63,506 bases of DNA from a bacterium ADurb.Bin212 (GCA_002070055.1 MWCM01000006.1:1-63506), one strand, 5' to 3'. Shown: positions 45,216-55,715, numbered from the stretch's first letter. Translations and numbers: made by a program. The notes: generated from the letters alone by a model not told the origin.

Positions 45216-46342
45216 AGAGGATACTAATTCTAAACTACGAATTTCCACCACTTGGCGGCGGTGGGAGTCCGGTTGCTTATGAGATTGCCAAAAGATATGT
45301 CGAGGCGGGCAATTCTGTTTGCGTGGTTACTATGGGCTATAGGGGCTTGCCAAGATATGAAAAGATAGACGGGATTAAAATATTTAGAGTCCCATCAATT
45401 CGTAAGAGAAAAGAGATTTGCCAACCTTGGGAGCAGTTAAGCTATATAATCTCGGCAAAATTGTTTTTAAAGCGACATTTAAAGGATAATAAATATGATA
45501 TCAATCATACTCATTTTATTATTCCAACCGGTATAGTTTCCTTATGGCTTAAAAGGAAATACGGTATTAAATATATTATTACTAGTCATGGTAGTGATGT
45601 ACCTGGGCACAACCCTCAGAGATTTGTTTTTTTGCATAAATTCACAAAGCCGATTTTAAAAAGGATCTGTTTTGAAGCAGAAAAAATCGTATCACCATCT
45701 AATTATCTCAAAGAAACCATTATTAATAATATTGATAAAGTAATTATACATAAGTTAACGGTGATTCCTAATGGAATCGACCCAAATATATATCTACCCG
45801 TCAAAAAAGAAAAAATAATTTTATCAACCGGCAGGCTTATCAATTTCAAGGGCTTTCAATATCTAATAAAATCAGTATCTCCTAAAGATTTGAGATACAA
45901 ACTGCATATTTGTGGTGATGGCCCCATGATGTCAGAACTTAAAGAGATGGCAAAACAATCTAAAACCAAGATAATCTTTCATGGTTGGGTTGATAACAAA
46001 AGTAGAGAATATATACAATTACTGGGTAAAGCCTCAATCTACTGTTTATTTTCATCCAAAGAAAATGCCAGCATTTCTCTGTTGGAGGCAATGAGTGCCG
46101 GGTGTGCTGTTCTTACAAGCAATGTTGCCGGTTGTCTTGAAACGGTGGGAGAGTCGGGGTTGATAGTGGAACCAAAGAATGTCGAAGAAATCAGAGGACA
46201 GATCAATGCTTTGATATCGGATCATAGATTAATTGAAAAATTGTCCCGAGAGGGGAGAAAAAGGGTTTTAAATAATTACTCTTGGGAGAAAGTAGTGTCT
46301 AAATATATTGAACTATTAAATAATATTATGGCCAATAATTGA
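45212..46342 (+). CDS. GT4-family glycosyltransferase
   Basis: RILILNYEFPPLGGGGSP, ICGDGPM, SSKENASISLLEAMSAGCAVLTSNVAG (E-x7-E). Confidence 0.88.
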   Translation: MKRILILNYEFPPLGGGGSPVAYEIAKRYVEAGNSVCVVTMGYRGLPRYEKIDGIKIFRVPSIRKRKEICQPWEQLSYIISAKLFLKRHLKDNKYDINHTHFIIPTGIVSLWLKRKYGIKYIITSHGSDVPGHNPQRFVFLHKFTKPILKRICFEAEKIVSPSNYLKETIINNIDKVIIHKLTVIPNGIDPNIYLPVKKEKIILSTGRLINFKGFQYLIKSVSPKDLRYKLHICGDGPMMSELKEMAKQSKTKIIFHGWVDNKSREYIQLLGKASIYCLFSSKENASISLLEAMSAGCAVLTSNVAGCLETVGESGLIVEPKNVEEIRGQINALISDHRLIEKLSREGRKRVLNNYSWEKVVSKYIELLNNIMANN

Positions 46343-47502
46343 GTAAATTTTTCATAATCATTATCAATAATTTAATAACAATCCCTTTGATATTTTTGTC
46401 ATGGCTTATGCCTAAAAAAAAGGGATTATATCTGTTGACTTCTTCTGATGGGAGTAAGTACAAGGATAATCCAAAGTATTTCTTTCAATACCTTCAAAAA
46501 AAGGGGCTAAACGCTTATTGGGCGACAACGAATAAGAATGTTTATCAAGAACTAAAAAGTAAAAATATGCCCGTTTCATATATTTATTCAATCAAGCATT
46601 TCTTATATGCATTGAGAGCCGAGTTTGTCTTTTCTGACGACTCCCGTAATGGAGTCTTTTTTGATAGTATTTTTTGGCATTATGGAAATTTTAAAAATAT
46701 TTTAATGTGGCATGGTACGGGTTTTAAAAATATTGGTCTGAAAGCGGAGAAATATCAAAAAGGCAATAAGCTCATTAATTATATTAAATACGCTCTTATG
46801 AAATCCAGGTTTAAAAGCTACAAATTGATTTTAGCCAGCAGCGAATTTGATAAAAAAAGAAAGAAAGATTGTTTTAAAAACTCAAATGTAGAGGTGTTGG
46901 GTTACCCGAGAATAGATTATTTAGTTGAAAGCGCGAAGAAGAAATCCTTAAACAAGAATAAAATAATCTTGTATTTACCAACATTTAGGGAGAAAGATTC
47001 CGAAAATAGGCCTTTCAGTAGAATATTTTTAAAAAAGCTTGATGAATATCTTGAGAAAAGTCAGCAAAAACTATTAATAAAAAATCATCCTTATGACAAA
47101 ATATGTAAGCTTTATAAAGGTCAGACATATCATAATATTCTCGACATAACTAATAAAGGTAAGGATGTTCAGGATCTATTAATCGATTCTGATTTACTTA
47201 TTACTGATTACTCAAGCGTTTGCTGCGATTATGTTGTTTTAGATAAACCCGTGATATTTTATATTTATGATTATGACCATTATACTAGTAATTGCAGGAA
47301 CACATATTATTCTTTTACCGATACTGTCCCCGGTCCCTTTGCAAGAGATGAAACCTCTTTATTAAAAATGATCCAAAATCAGAGCTGGTTTATTAATAAA
47401 GAGTACAAAGAGAAATATCTCAATTTTAAATCAAGCTTTCATAAATTTACCGATAGTAATTCTTCTAAAAGAATATTAGAATACATTAGAAATAAATTAT
47501 GA
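46339..47502 (+). CDS. CDP-glycerol glycerophosphotransferase (TagB/TagF family)
   Basis: YLPTFRE, LLITDYSSVCCDYVVLDKPVIFYIYDYDHY. TTG start in the track. It overlaps both neighbours. Confidence 0.82.
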   Translation: MSKFFIIIINNLITIPLIFLSWLMPKKKGLYLLTSSDGSKYKDNPKYFFQYLQKKGLNAYWATTNKNVYQELKSKNMPVSYIYSIKHFLYALRAEFVFSDDSRNGVFFDSIFWHYGNFKNILMWHGTGFKNIGLKAEKYQKGNKLINYIKYALMKSRFKSYKLILASSEFDKKRKKDCFKNSNVEVLGYPRIDYLVESAKKKSLNKNKIILYLPTFREKDSENRPFSRIFLKKLDEYLEKSQQKLLIKNHPYDKICKLYKGQTYHNILDITNKGKDVQDLLIDSDLLITDYSSVCCDYVVLDKPVIFYIYDYDHYTSNCRNTYYSFTDTVPGPFARDETSLLKMIQNQSWFINKEYKEKYLNFKSSFHKFTDSNSSKRILEYIRNKL

Positions 47503-47918
47503 AAAAAAAGATTATAGGATATACAACCGGTGTTTTTGATTTATTCCATGTTGGGCATTTGAATATTATTAAGAATGCCAAATCGATGTGCGATTATTTG
47601 ATTGTCGGCGTAACGTCAGATCAATTATGTCTGGAATTGAAGAACAAAAAGCCAGTAATCCCATTTGAAGAGAGGGCAGAAATCATAAGAAGCTTAAAAT
47701 ATGTTGACGAAGTAGTGTGTCAGAATGTTGTGGATGAAATTGCAGATCACCAAAAATACGGTTATGACATAATATTTAAAGGAAGCGATTGGATGAACAG
47801 CGAGAAGTGGAGAATACTAAGCAAAGAGATAGAAAAAAGGGGAGCAATTGTAAAATTTTTCCCTTACACAAAAAACACATCTAGTACTATCATAAAAAAA
47901 TATTTAATGAATGGCTGA
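47499..47918 (+). CDS. tagD: Glycerol-3-phosphate cytidylyltransferase
   Basis: IGYTTGVFDLFHVGHLNIIKNAK (HxGH). 139 aa. RSLKYVDEV. Confidence 0.9.
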   Translation: MKKKIIGYTTGVFDLFHVGHLNIIKNAKSMCDYLIVGVTSDQLCLELKNKKPVIPFEERAEIIRSLKYVDEVVCQNVVDEIADHQKYGYDIIFKGSDWMNSEKWRILSKEIEKRGAIVKFFPYTKNTSSTIIKKYLMNG

Positions 47919-47945
47919 TAGATATTATGTTTCTTCAAACTTGCG

Positions 47946-49331
47946 ATGAAAAAAAGATCACCTAAAGGTTATTACGAAACAGTGCCACTGATTAGGGACT
48001 CAAAGGAATTCTTTGAGTTTATAAATTTTCGTGACATAAATCTCTGGCCGATATTTGCGAATGAGGTTTATCGGATTTACTGCAAAAAACCGCACAAGAG
48101 CTATATGGGAATTTTAAAGTCGATAATTATATCACTCTTTTTCCCAGAGAAAAAGTTGCCCAAAAAAGATTTTCAAAATAAAATTCTGGCGACATACTTT
48201 AAGCCCCGATCAGACCATCGAAATTTCGTTATGGCAGCGTTGGCAGATTTCAAAAAAAATGAACTATGCTTGATAGATCCTTTTAAAGATAATGCCGGAA
48301 GCTATTTACATGTTTTTAAGTTTTCTTTTCCTTCTATAAAAAAAATCATTAGAATTGTTAAGTATTTTAACAAGTCTGGATTAATAAAACACTACAAAAA
48401 ATATTACTGGATGATGATTTTTTTGACATATAGGGCTTTTAGGCAGGTAGAATGGTTTGAAAACATAATAAAAAATCAGCCTCCGAAGGCGATTGTTTGT
48501 TTCTCCCCGGCAACTACTTTTGAAGAAATGGTTTTGACTCAAGTCGCCAAGAAGTATGAAATCCCGACATTTGCCATGCAGCACGGGCCTTTTAATGATT
48601 TGTCTGAAGAGGTTTTTGTTCCTCTTATAACCTGTGAAAACATGCAAAGCGATTATATATTGGTTTGGGGAAAAAGTTCTGCCGATGTTATCGGCAGCTA
48701 TATTGATGCAGATCAGATCATATTAGCAGGGAACCCGAAATATATATATAAAAAGAATATCAATCGACATTCTAATAAACTGATTAATGGGACTTTATTT
48801 TTAGATGAAACATCCAAGAGGCAAAACAGTCTGCAGAGCAACATAAATTTAATAAAAATTACCAAAAAATTTATTGATAATAATAAAGAAATATGTATTC
48901 AAGTTAAGATCCATCCTCTAGATAAATTAGATAATTACAAAGGATTACTGAACCATGAACGTATAACAGTAGTCGATAAAGGCTTGTCAGTCAAAGAACT
49001 TCTAGATTGTTCCGACTTTATATTGGTCCATAATACTGCAGTCGCTTCTGAGTCATTATTTTACGGAATTCCTGTTCTTCGGTATAAAGATAGTGGCTAC
49101 GGGCAGTTCTGGAGAGATTTCGACACCTTTTCCAGCCCCGAAGAGCTAACCAAACTTTTATCGGCTATGCAAGAAAAAGGTAATTATAACAAGTTAATGA
49201 AAGAATATAATAAAGTGTTAATGAATTTTTTTTATTTTGAAAAAGATACGAAAGTAAGTAAGATATATTATAATAAGATTAATCAAGCAATCGAGAGGTA
49301 TTATGAAAAAAGATTCCATTCAAAAAAATAA
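47946..49331 (+). CDS. 461-aa hypothetical glycan-biosynthesis protein (possibly GT-B-like or capsule-synthesis-like)
   Basis: Operon context between tagD and a cytidylyltransferase. No motif confidently recognised. Confidence 0.5.
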   Translation: MKKRSPKGYYETVPLIRDSKEFFEFINFRDINLWPIFANEVYRIYCKKPHKSYMGILKSIIISLFFPEKKLPKKDFQNKILATYFKPRSDHRNFVMAALADFKKNELCLIDPFKDNAGSYLHVFKFSFPSIKKIIRIVKYFNKSGLIKHYKKYYWMMIFLTYRAFRQVEWFENIIKNQPPKAIVCFSPATTFEEMVLTQVAKKYEIPTFAMQHGPFNDLSEEVFVPLITCENMQSDYILVWGKSSADVIGSYIDADQIILAGNPKYIYKKNINRHSNKLINGTLFLDETSKRQNSLQSNINLIKITKKFIDNNKEICIQVKIHPLDKLDNYKGLLNHERITVVDKGLSVKELLDCSDFILVHNTAVASESLFYGIPVLRYKDSGYGQFWRDFDTFSSPEELTKLLSAMQEKGNYNKLMKEYNKVLMNFFYFEKDTKVSKIYYNKINQAIERYYEKRFHSKK

Positions 49332-50004
49332 GAGAAAAATTACTGTTATAGTACCTGTTCGGGCGGGGAGCAGGAGACTGAAAAATAAAAATATATTACC
49401 TTTTGGAAAAAATAATTTACTGGTGAACAAGATAGAAGAACTCAAGAAAGTGCCGGAAATAGATACCATAGTTGTTTCTAGCGATTCGGACCAGATGCTT
49501 GATATGGCAAGATCCTCCGGAGTCAGAACCCACAAAAGGGACCTCGAATATGCTGACGATAAATCTAGGCCGTTTGGGGATGTCGTCAGGCATATTTGCG
49601 AGAATGTCGAGGGAGAGGATATTATGTGGGCAACAGTTACCTGCCCGATGATATTTAAAGAGCACTATTCTGACGCAATAAAAAAGTATTATTGGGCTTT
49701 GGAGAATGGTTATGATTCTTTGTTGCCTGTTGAGCCTTTTAAAGATTTTCTATGGGACGAGAATGGTCCTCTTAACTATGAATTAGGGAAGAAGCATGTA
49801 ATTTCTCAGAATCTACCTCAGTTATATTTTGCTCGTTTTGGGATGTTGCTCGCACCAAGAATTAAAATGATCCAATGGCACTATTTTCATGGACCTAAGC
49901 CGTTTAGATATGTTTTAGATAAAATTAACGCAGTTGATATTGACGACGCACTCGATCTCGAAGTGGCTAGGGCTTGGCTGAATTATCTTAATGATTCTCG
50001 TTAG
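49303..50004 (+). CDS. Acylneuraminate/nonulosonate-type cytidylyltransferase (NeuA/PseF/CMP-KDO-synthetase-like fold)
   Basis: ITVIVPVRAGSRRLKNKNILPFG. 233 aa. Confidence 0.8.
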   Translation: MKKDSIQKNKRKITVIVPVRAGSRRLKNKNILPFGKNNLLVNKIEELKKVPEIDTIVVSSDSDQMLDMARSSGVRTHKRDLEYADDKSRPFGDVVRHICENVEGEDIMWATVTCPMIFKEHYSDAIKKYYWALENGYDSLLPVEPFKDFLWDENGPLNYELGKKHVISQNLPQLYFARFGMLLAPRIKMIQWHYFHGPKPFRYVLDKINAVDIDDALDLEVARAWLNYLNDSR

Positions 50005-51202
50005 GTATTAGTTTAGTATTTTTTCGATAATAATAAAAATAGCTTATTGCAATAAACAGATAGTATATCATCGAGCCGTATACTCCACCCAATACTCCAA
50101 TTTTTGGGATTAGAACAATATAGCAGATACAGACTAGTATGGTGGCTGCGAGTCTCGTTCTGTTCATCTCTTTTAATAGATTATTTCTTATCAAGAACGT
50201 TTCGACTGTTGAAAGAACGAAGTATATCGGAACAATAAACATGTATATTTGAGAATATTTTACGACATCTCCCATGCCTGAACCGTAAAGCAAATTTATT
50301 GGATATTCAAGAAAATGAAATATTATTATCGGAAATATCGCGCTTATTATAAAAAATCTATAAAAAGAGCTCAAACGCAGAGACTTTTTTGTCCATATCT
50401 TTGGAGAGATAGCAACGATTGCGCTCGAAATTACCTTTATAAAAATGTCTACAAATTTCATTACTAAGCCGTATACTGCAATTTGAGACGATTCAACAAA
50501 TATTCCTATCAAAACAATATCCATTCTGCCGAATATGAGGTCGGAAAAGTTTAGTAATGTCAAAGAATAACTGTCCTTAATTAGATTTTTTGCAACCGAT
50601 GTATTTACAATTTGATTATTAATGATTTTTGAAAATATAAGATTAAATATTGTTATTACTGAGAGATACGAAACAATAACTATTATTAGATTGTTGGTTA
50701 ATATCATTGATATAACCACGGCGGTGGACTGCAAGCTGGTCTTGATCGCTTCCCATAATGCCAACTTCCTGAATTGTGATTTTCCTTTTAAATAAGATTG
50801 CCAGGTTGTAATACTATGGATAAAAGGTATAAGGATGGCAGAGACGATAATTGCCCCACCTAAAATTTTATTAAACCAAATGAAATATATGCATCCGGCG
50901 ACTAATAATATTGGTACGGCCAAAAGACCCCATTTAAATGAGAATTGAGTCCCCGTAATGTATGATAGATCGTGACCTTGTGAGACCGCTTTAAATATCG
51001 CTGTTTTCACCCCAGGTATAGATACAATAGATACAATCCCAATTACCCCAATGACGAATAGGTACTGCCCATAGAGATCAATATTTCCTGATCTAACAAA
51101 AAAAATTGAGATAATCACAGAAGAAAGCGTGAGCGTGATATTTTTTACGTTTGACCAGAAAATGTTTGCAAGTATTTTCTGGTATTTTTTAAGGATGTGC
51201 AT
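49988..51202 (-). CDS. Polytopic membrane protein, Wzx-like flippase or polymerase
   Basis: 404 aa with about 12 TM helices. Its 3' end overlaps the convergent cytidylyltransferase gene by 17 nt. Confidence 0.6.
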   Translation of the reverse strand: MHILKKYQKILANIFWSNVKNITLTLSSVIISIFFVRSGNIDLYGQYLFVIGVIGIVSIVSIPGVKTAIFKAVSQGHDLSYITGTQFSFKWGLLAVPILLVAGCIYFIWFNKILGGAIIVSAILIPFIHSITTWQSYLKGKSQFRKLALWEAIKTSLQSTAVVISMILTNNLIIVIVSYLSVITIFNLIFSKIINNQIVNTSVAKNLIKDSYSLTLLNFSDLIFGRMDIVLIGIFVESSQIAVYGLVMKFVDIFIKVISSAIVAISPKIWTKKSLRLSSFYRFFIISAIFPIIIFHFLEYPINLLYGSGMGDVVKYSQIYMFIVPIYFVLSTVETFLIRNNLLKEMNRTRLAATILVCICYIVLIPKIGVLGGVYGSMIYYLFIAISYFYYYRKNTKLIPNENH

Positions 51203-51270
51203 GGGTATTATCCCGACATATTGTTACTTATAATAAATGTTACCATATAAACATTTCACTTGATCCTTAC

Positions 51271-51299
51271 TTGAAATACCTTGAGTCTTTGTATAGAAT
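51271..51299 (+). promoter_or_regulatory. Candidate sigma70 promoter
   Basis: TTGAAA (51271-51276), a 17-nt spacer, then TAGAAT (51294-51299). Confidence 0.4.
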
Positions 51300-51345
51300 C
51301 TGACATAGCTAACATTACTACAAATAATATTATATTTAAAGGAAT

Positions 51346-52164
51346 ATGATAATGAATCAAAAAGTTGCCATCATAGGCTACGGTTGGGTCGGAAAGGCTA
51401 TGTATAAGCTTTTCCCTGATGCAGTGGTATATGATAAACATCAGCCAACAATAGAGGTCTTAAATGAAGCCACAGGGGAATCTAAGCAATTAAAATTCTC
51501 AAAGGAGGATGTTAATTCTTGTGGTATGGCCTTTATCGCTGTGCCCACTCCAAATAAAAAAGATGGTTCACTTGATTGCTCAATAGTTGAGGAGGTTATC
51601 AAATGGTGCAGCTGCCCCTTATTAATTATCCGCTCAACGGTGCAACCGGGTTTTTGCAATGAGATGAGCAAAAAATATAGCAGAAACATCGTCTTCCAAC
51701 CGGAGTATCTTGGTGAGACCCCATCTCATCCTATGCTTGATCCTAGAACGCGTCAATTTGTGATTTTGGGTGGCGAGGCAAAAGATAGGCGTAAAGTAAT
51801 TGATTTATATACATCGGTTTACAACGCCAACATGACGATTCGTCAAGTGACTTGCTTGGAGGCGGAGATTATCAAACTTTCGGAAAATCGTGCGATTGCT
51901 TTTAAGGTCGCCCAATGTCAGGAGTTGTATGACGCCTGCGAGAAGGCTGGAGTAGATTACTATACGATAAGGGATGCGGTTTATTCAGACGACCCCAGAT
52001 TTACTCTTTGGTTTACCTTCGTTTTTCCAGAGAAACGAGGCTTTAACTCTAAATGTATTCCGAAAGATGTTTATGGCTGGTGCGCTTGGGCGGAGAGTGT
52101 CGGTTATGAGCCAGAGCTCACAAAAGCCATGTTAAAAGCAAACAATAAATACCTAAAAGCATAA
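51346..52164 (+). CDS. Short (272 aa) nucleotide-sugar dehydrogenase-like protein (UDP-glucose/GDP-mannose dehydrogenase family, apparently lacking the C-terminal domain)
   Basis: KVAIIGYGWVGKAM (Rossmann motif). A catalytic-Cys-like motif, GFNSKCIPKD, lies near the C-terminus. Typical family members are about 390-440 aa (recollection). Confidence 0.65.
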   Translation: MIMNQKVAIIGYGWVGKAMYKLFPDAVVYDKHQPTIEVLNEATGESKQLKFSKEDVNSCGMAFIAVPTPNKKDGSLDCSIVEEVIKWCSCPLLIIRSTVQPGFCNEMSKKYSRNIVFQPEYLGETPSHPMLDPRTRQFVILGGEAKDRRKVIDLYTSVYNANMTIRQVTCLEAEIIKLSENRAIAFKVAQCQELYDACEKAGVDYYTIRDAVYSDDPRFTLWFTFVFPEKRGFNSKCIPKDVYGWCAWAESVGYEPELTKAMLKANNKYLKA

Positions 52165-52208
52165 TTTTACCCAACTAATCTCAAGAAATTTGTCGAACTC
52201 TTGTTTGA

Positions 52209-53642
52209 TTATTTGTGTTTGAGTAACAACTTAAAGGTGTCTGTAATTGAGAGTATTTTGAAAACATATAGCAATACAAAATATAGTACTAAAATAATCA
52301 CTATTGCGCCTAAAAAGAACACATGCCACGCAGTTAGCAATTTTGCGAGGGCGGCTAACATGGCAACAATAACTGATAATTTTGCAACGGTTAGCCAGTT
52401 GATTCGGAAATTAATAATTTTGTTGGCAAAATGGAAGTAAGTTAACATTAAAGTTATGGCTGAGCTCAAATTTGCCACAGCTGCCCCGAAGTAGGAAAAG
52501 CGGGGGATTAGCAGTAGATTTAGCAATAAGTTGAAGATAAATATAAAGATTGATATTTTTAAAAATACGGAGCGAGAGTCGTTAGCAATAAAGATCTCTA
52601 CTAAAAGTGTGTTTATGAATATTATAGGCAACGACAAGGCTAAGAACACTAGCACTCTTGCTGAATCACCAAACTCAGGACTTGATAAGAGTAAAATAAT
52701 TTCGTTGCGGTAAGCTATCGATAGCAAAGATATAATAGTTGCTCCAATTAGCATAACAGATATGCCTTTTTGTATGATGTTGGCGACTGCTTTTTTGTCC
52801 TTGTCTATATTCTGTGAAATTGCCGGCTTTAAGGCACTGGAGAAGTATGAGCTCATAAAGGTTATTACCTCTAATACTTTAAAAGCAACAGTATAAATAC
52901 CGGCGGCTGCGGCGCCCTTAATAGCAAATAGAAGAAGTGTATCCAGCTTGTAATACAGATTATTTACGATAAATACTATTCCCAGTGGCCAAGCCATCGC
53001 CATAAGATTGTTGCTAAAGGCTTTGTCGTAAGCAAAAGCGAATTGTAAATAGCGACTAGCAAAAAGATATTTAAATATTAAGATAAATATCCCCCACAGG
53101 GCTATAGTAGATGCCACCCACAAAAAACTTCCTCTTTGGTTAACAATTACAACAAGTGCAACAATGCTAATGATCCTACTTAAAAACTCTGCCAGAGCGG
53201 AATACTGCATTTTAAGTCTTGCTTGAAGTAGCATATCGTAAACGCTGGCCAGAAGGTTAAAGAAAAGAAAACCGGTAGCTATTATTACGCCGAATTTTAT
53301 TTCTTTGTCATAATCGGTTAATAAAACAATGGAGATTGCCACAAGGCTGGCGGCAAGAGCGCTCCAGAACCGAATTGTTAACACGTTCGACATAACTTTC
53401 TTTTCTTTTTCCGGTTTTTGGGATATCTCACGAACAGTCACTGCAAATAAACCCAAGTCGGCAAAAACGATAAAAAAGTTTATGTAGGTAGTAATGGTAT
53501 TGTATTTTCCTACCCCTTCGGTCCCCAAATAATTGGTTAAAATTTTTATTGACACCAAAGTAAGCCCGAGTGTAAAAAGCCGGACTACTATTTGCCAGAA
53601 GGTATTATCAAAGATTGCTTTTTTGTCTAATCTCTTTTGCAA
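52209..53642 (-). CDS. Wzx/MurJ-like oligosaccharide flippase (MOP superfamily)
   Basis: 477 aa with about 14 TM helices. The N-terminus (FWQIVVRLFTLGLTLVSIKILTNYLGTEGVGKYN) is typical. Confidence 0.75.
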   Translation of the reverse strand: MQKRLDKKAIFDNTFWQIVVRLFTLGLTLVSIKILTNYLGTEGVGKYNTITTYINFFIVFADLGLFAVTVREISQKPEKEKKVMSNVLTIRFWSALAASLVAISIVLLTDYDKEIKFGVIIATGFLFFNLLASVYDMLLQARLKMQYSALAEFLSRIISIVALVVIVNQRGSFLWVASTIALWGIFILIFKYLFASRYLQFAFAYDKAFSNNLMAMAWPLGIVFIVNNLYYKLDTLLLFAIKGAAAAGIYTVAFKVLEVITFMSSYFSSALKPAISQNIDKDKKAVANIIQKGISVMLIGATIISLLSIAYRNEIILLLSSPEFGDSARVLVFLALSLPIIFINTLLVEIFIANDSRSVFLKISIFIFIFNLLLNLLLIPRFSYFGAAVANLSSAITLMLTYFHFANKIINFRINWLTVAKLSVIVAMLAALAKLLTAWHVFFLGAIVIILVLYFVLLYVFKILSITDTFKLLLKHK

Positions 53643-53656
53643 TTAATTATAACCTT

Positions 53657-55213
53657 TTATTTTTTAGTGTGTGCGTAGCCTGTTGGGGCGAAGGAGGCTA
53701 GACTAGATGTATGGCCTGGATAGTTGTAAATCGTAACAAGACGACCATTTTCTGAGAAAGTATTATCAATAAAAGTTAAGGGCATACTTCTTTTTGCGTC
53801 CCATCTTCCATTACCACTAAAATACCAATTCTTGGGGGACATAGTGCTCCCGGTGTTTGTAAAAACCCACATTCTCATAGTTTGTCCCGGATACTCGTAT
53901 AAAGTAGCGATATCTGTATCGCCATCATTGTCAAAATCACCACTTACCAAGCTTCTTGACCTTGTAGCGTCCCAAGCTCCGGGAGCGCTTGTCCAGAGTA
54001 AGTTAGGTGTAAAGGTAGAATCACCATTATTTTTAAACATCCAGAGTCTAGCAATTTGTCCCGGATACTCGTATAAAGTAGCGATATCTGTATCGCCATC
54101 ATTGTCAAAATCACCACTTACCAAGCTTCTTGACCTTGTAGCGTCCCAAGCTCCGGGAGCGCTTGTCCAGAGCCCCTCTGTTGTAACCGACTGTTTAAAA
54201 TTGCAGTTAACAGTTTTGCCATCACTAAACAAAAATCCACACTTTGAGACTGAAGAGTTACACCCGTCCCAACTGTAAAAAACCGCATCTTCATTTCCTA
54301 GCGCATAAAAATCTATTGTCGTGTTTGCGGGATATTGTAAATAACATCTATCTTGACAATAAGTATAAGTTCCATTGGATTCAATCTTAACTTTTCCTCC
54401 TGGCGAAACGTTTATGACAACTTGGGAGCTAAAGTATAATTTGTATAATCTCCAAAAATTATAGTTTCCGTTAAACACATGGGGAGTGTAGCGGTAAAGG
54501 GATGAGGTAGCTCTATTGTTGTAAGTTACATTGTAGGTGCCGTACCAATTTGAATAAGTAACAGTTTGCCCAACTTGATAGTCCAAAAAACCGTAGCCTT
54601 GAGCCCTATACCAGTTGTAGCGCAGTTGCCAAGCACCCCAGTCTACTTGTTTGGAAAAACCGGCCTTCGAATTATCCCATGAGCCGGCATCCGGGCAACC
54701 GTATCCCATAGCCCATGTTAGAGCATAGTTTAGGGCTTCGGTGTTGGTAAAATCTCCTTGTCCGGGTAGCCTAAACTTGCCAGATATTAGAGACTGTTCT
54801 TTATCCAGAACAACCAAAATGACTCTGGGACTAACCGTGCCTGTTGAAGGATCAATGGCTGGAATTGCATTAAATTTTGCTGATTGGGAATCTGGAGTCA
54901 GTGCCAGTGCAGCATCGTATATTATTTGGGCAGCGGTTCTGCCGTTCTCTGAATATCCTGCCAAATAAGAACCTTTCAACTCTAGAAATGATTGTATGTC
55001 CGACACAGACATGGATTTTGTCGCAATAAAGGCATCATCCGATATGAGGTTGTTATAAGCTGCAGTTGAATTAAAGTTGGCTACAGAGGTGTCTACGGCA
55101 AGTGCTTTCTGACCACCAGTAAAAATACACAGAAACATCAAAACTGATGCAAAATAAAATACATATCTTATAAGTCGAAATGAATTTCTTTTATTTAGCG
55201 TTGATAATTTCAT
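53657..55213 (-). CDS. Secreted protein with a conserved N-terminal domain and C-terminal FG-GAP/VCBS-type repeats
   Basis: Signal/TM segment YVFYFASVLMFLCIF. LVSGDFDNDGDTDIATLYEYPGQ appears twice, with a third degenerate copy. Start taken at the Met at 55213; the track start is 55258. Confidence 0.7.
   Translation of the reverse strand: MKLSTLNKRNSFRLIRYVFYFASVLMFLCIFTGGQKALAVDTSVANFNSTAAYNNLISDDAFIATKSMSVSDIQSFLELKGSYLAGYSENGRTAAQIIYDAALALTPDSQSAKFNAIPAIDPSTGTVSPRVILVVLDKEQSLISGKFRLPGQGDFTNTEALNYALTWAMGYGCPDAGSWDNSKAGFSKQVDWGAWQLRYNWYRAQGYGFLDYQVGQTVTYSNWYGTYNVTYNNRATSSLYRYTPHVFNGNYNFWRLYKLYFSSQVVINVSPGGKVKIESNGTYTYCQDRCYLQYPANTTIDFYALGNEDAVFYSWDGCNSSVSKCGFLFSDGKTVNCNFKQSVTTEGLWTSAPGAWDATRSRSLVSGDFDNDGDTDIATLYEYPGQIARLWMFKNNGDSTFTPNLLWTSAPGAWDATRSRSLVSGDFDNDGDTDIATLYEYPGQTMRMWVFTNTGSTMSPKNWYFSGNGRWDAKRSMPLTFIDNTFSENGRLVTIYNYPGHTSSLASFAPTGYAHTKK
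53881..54228 (-). repeat. Tandem 174-bp (58-aa) duplication, 118 bp of each unit being 100% identical
   Basis: 53881-53998 is identical to 54055-54172. It encodes LWTSAPGAWDATRSRSLVSGDFDNDGDTDIATLYEYPGQ. Confidence 0.95.
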
Positions 55214-55715
55214 ATGTGCTAAGTAGTTGCGGATCATCCGGATTATTCTCCAGGCCATTAAGAAGTGTGTCGAGAGCCTCGTTTTTACGATTTAATTCAA
55301 AAAGGACTTGTGCCTTTTTGTTATAGATAACAGGATAATAAGGGCTTGCCTGTATGGCTCTATTGTAATAAACAATGGCTTCTTCAAGCTTTTTTTGAGT
55401 ATAGAGGTTGTTGCCTTGCTCATACAGGGTGATCGCCTCGCCCAGATTGACCTCCGGAACATCACCGGTTTGCTGCCCTTTATCATCAAAATTGCTATTA
55501 ACCTCAGTTGTGCCGCTCGAATCGGTGGTCCCATTATCTCCGGATTGGTCTGTCGAGCTACTGCTATCAGTTGTAAAGTTGTCTGCTTGGTTGTTGGATT
55601 CCGGCCGACCCTTAAGAAACAAGTAGTAATAAGAAGTAAGTAGTAGTAATACCACTAAAAACAAACCAGATGCAAGCAACATCCATCTTTTGAATTTTAT
55701 TGTTTTTCCCTTCAT
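55191..55715 (-). CDS. Membrane-anchored TPR-repeat protein
   Basis: TM segment WMLLASGLFLVVLLLL, a Ser/Thr/Asp-rich linker, then TPR-like YEQGNNLYTQKKLEEAIVYYNRAIQASPYY... Confidence 0.7.
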   Translation of the reverse strand: MKGKTIKFKRWMLLASGLFLVVLLLLTSYYYLFLKGRPESNNQADNFTTDSSSSTDQSGDNGTTDSSGTTEVNSNFDDKGQQTGDVPEVNLGEAITLYEQGNNLYTQKKLEEAIVYYNRAIQASPYYPVIYNKKAQVLFELNRKNEALDTLLNGLENNPDDPQLLSTYEIINAK

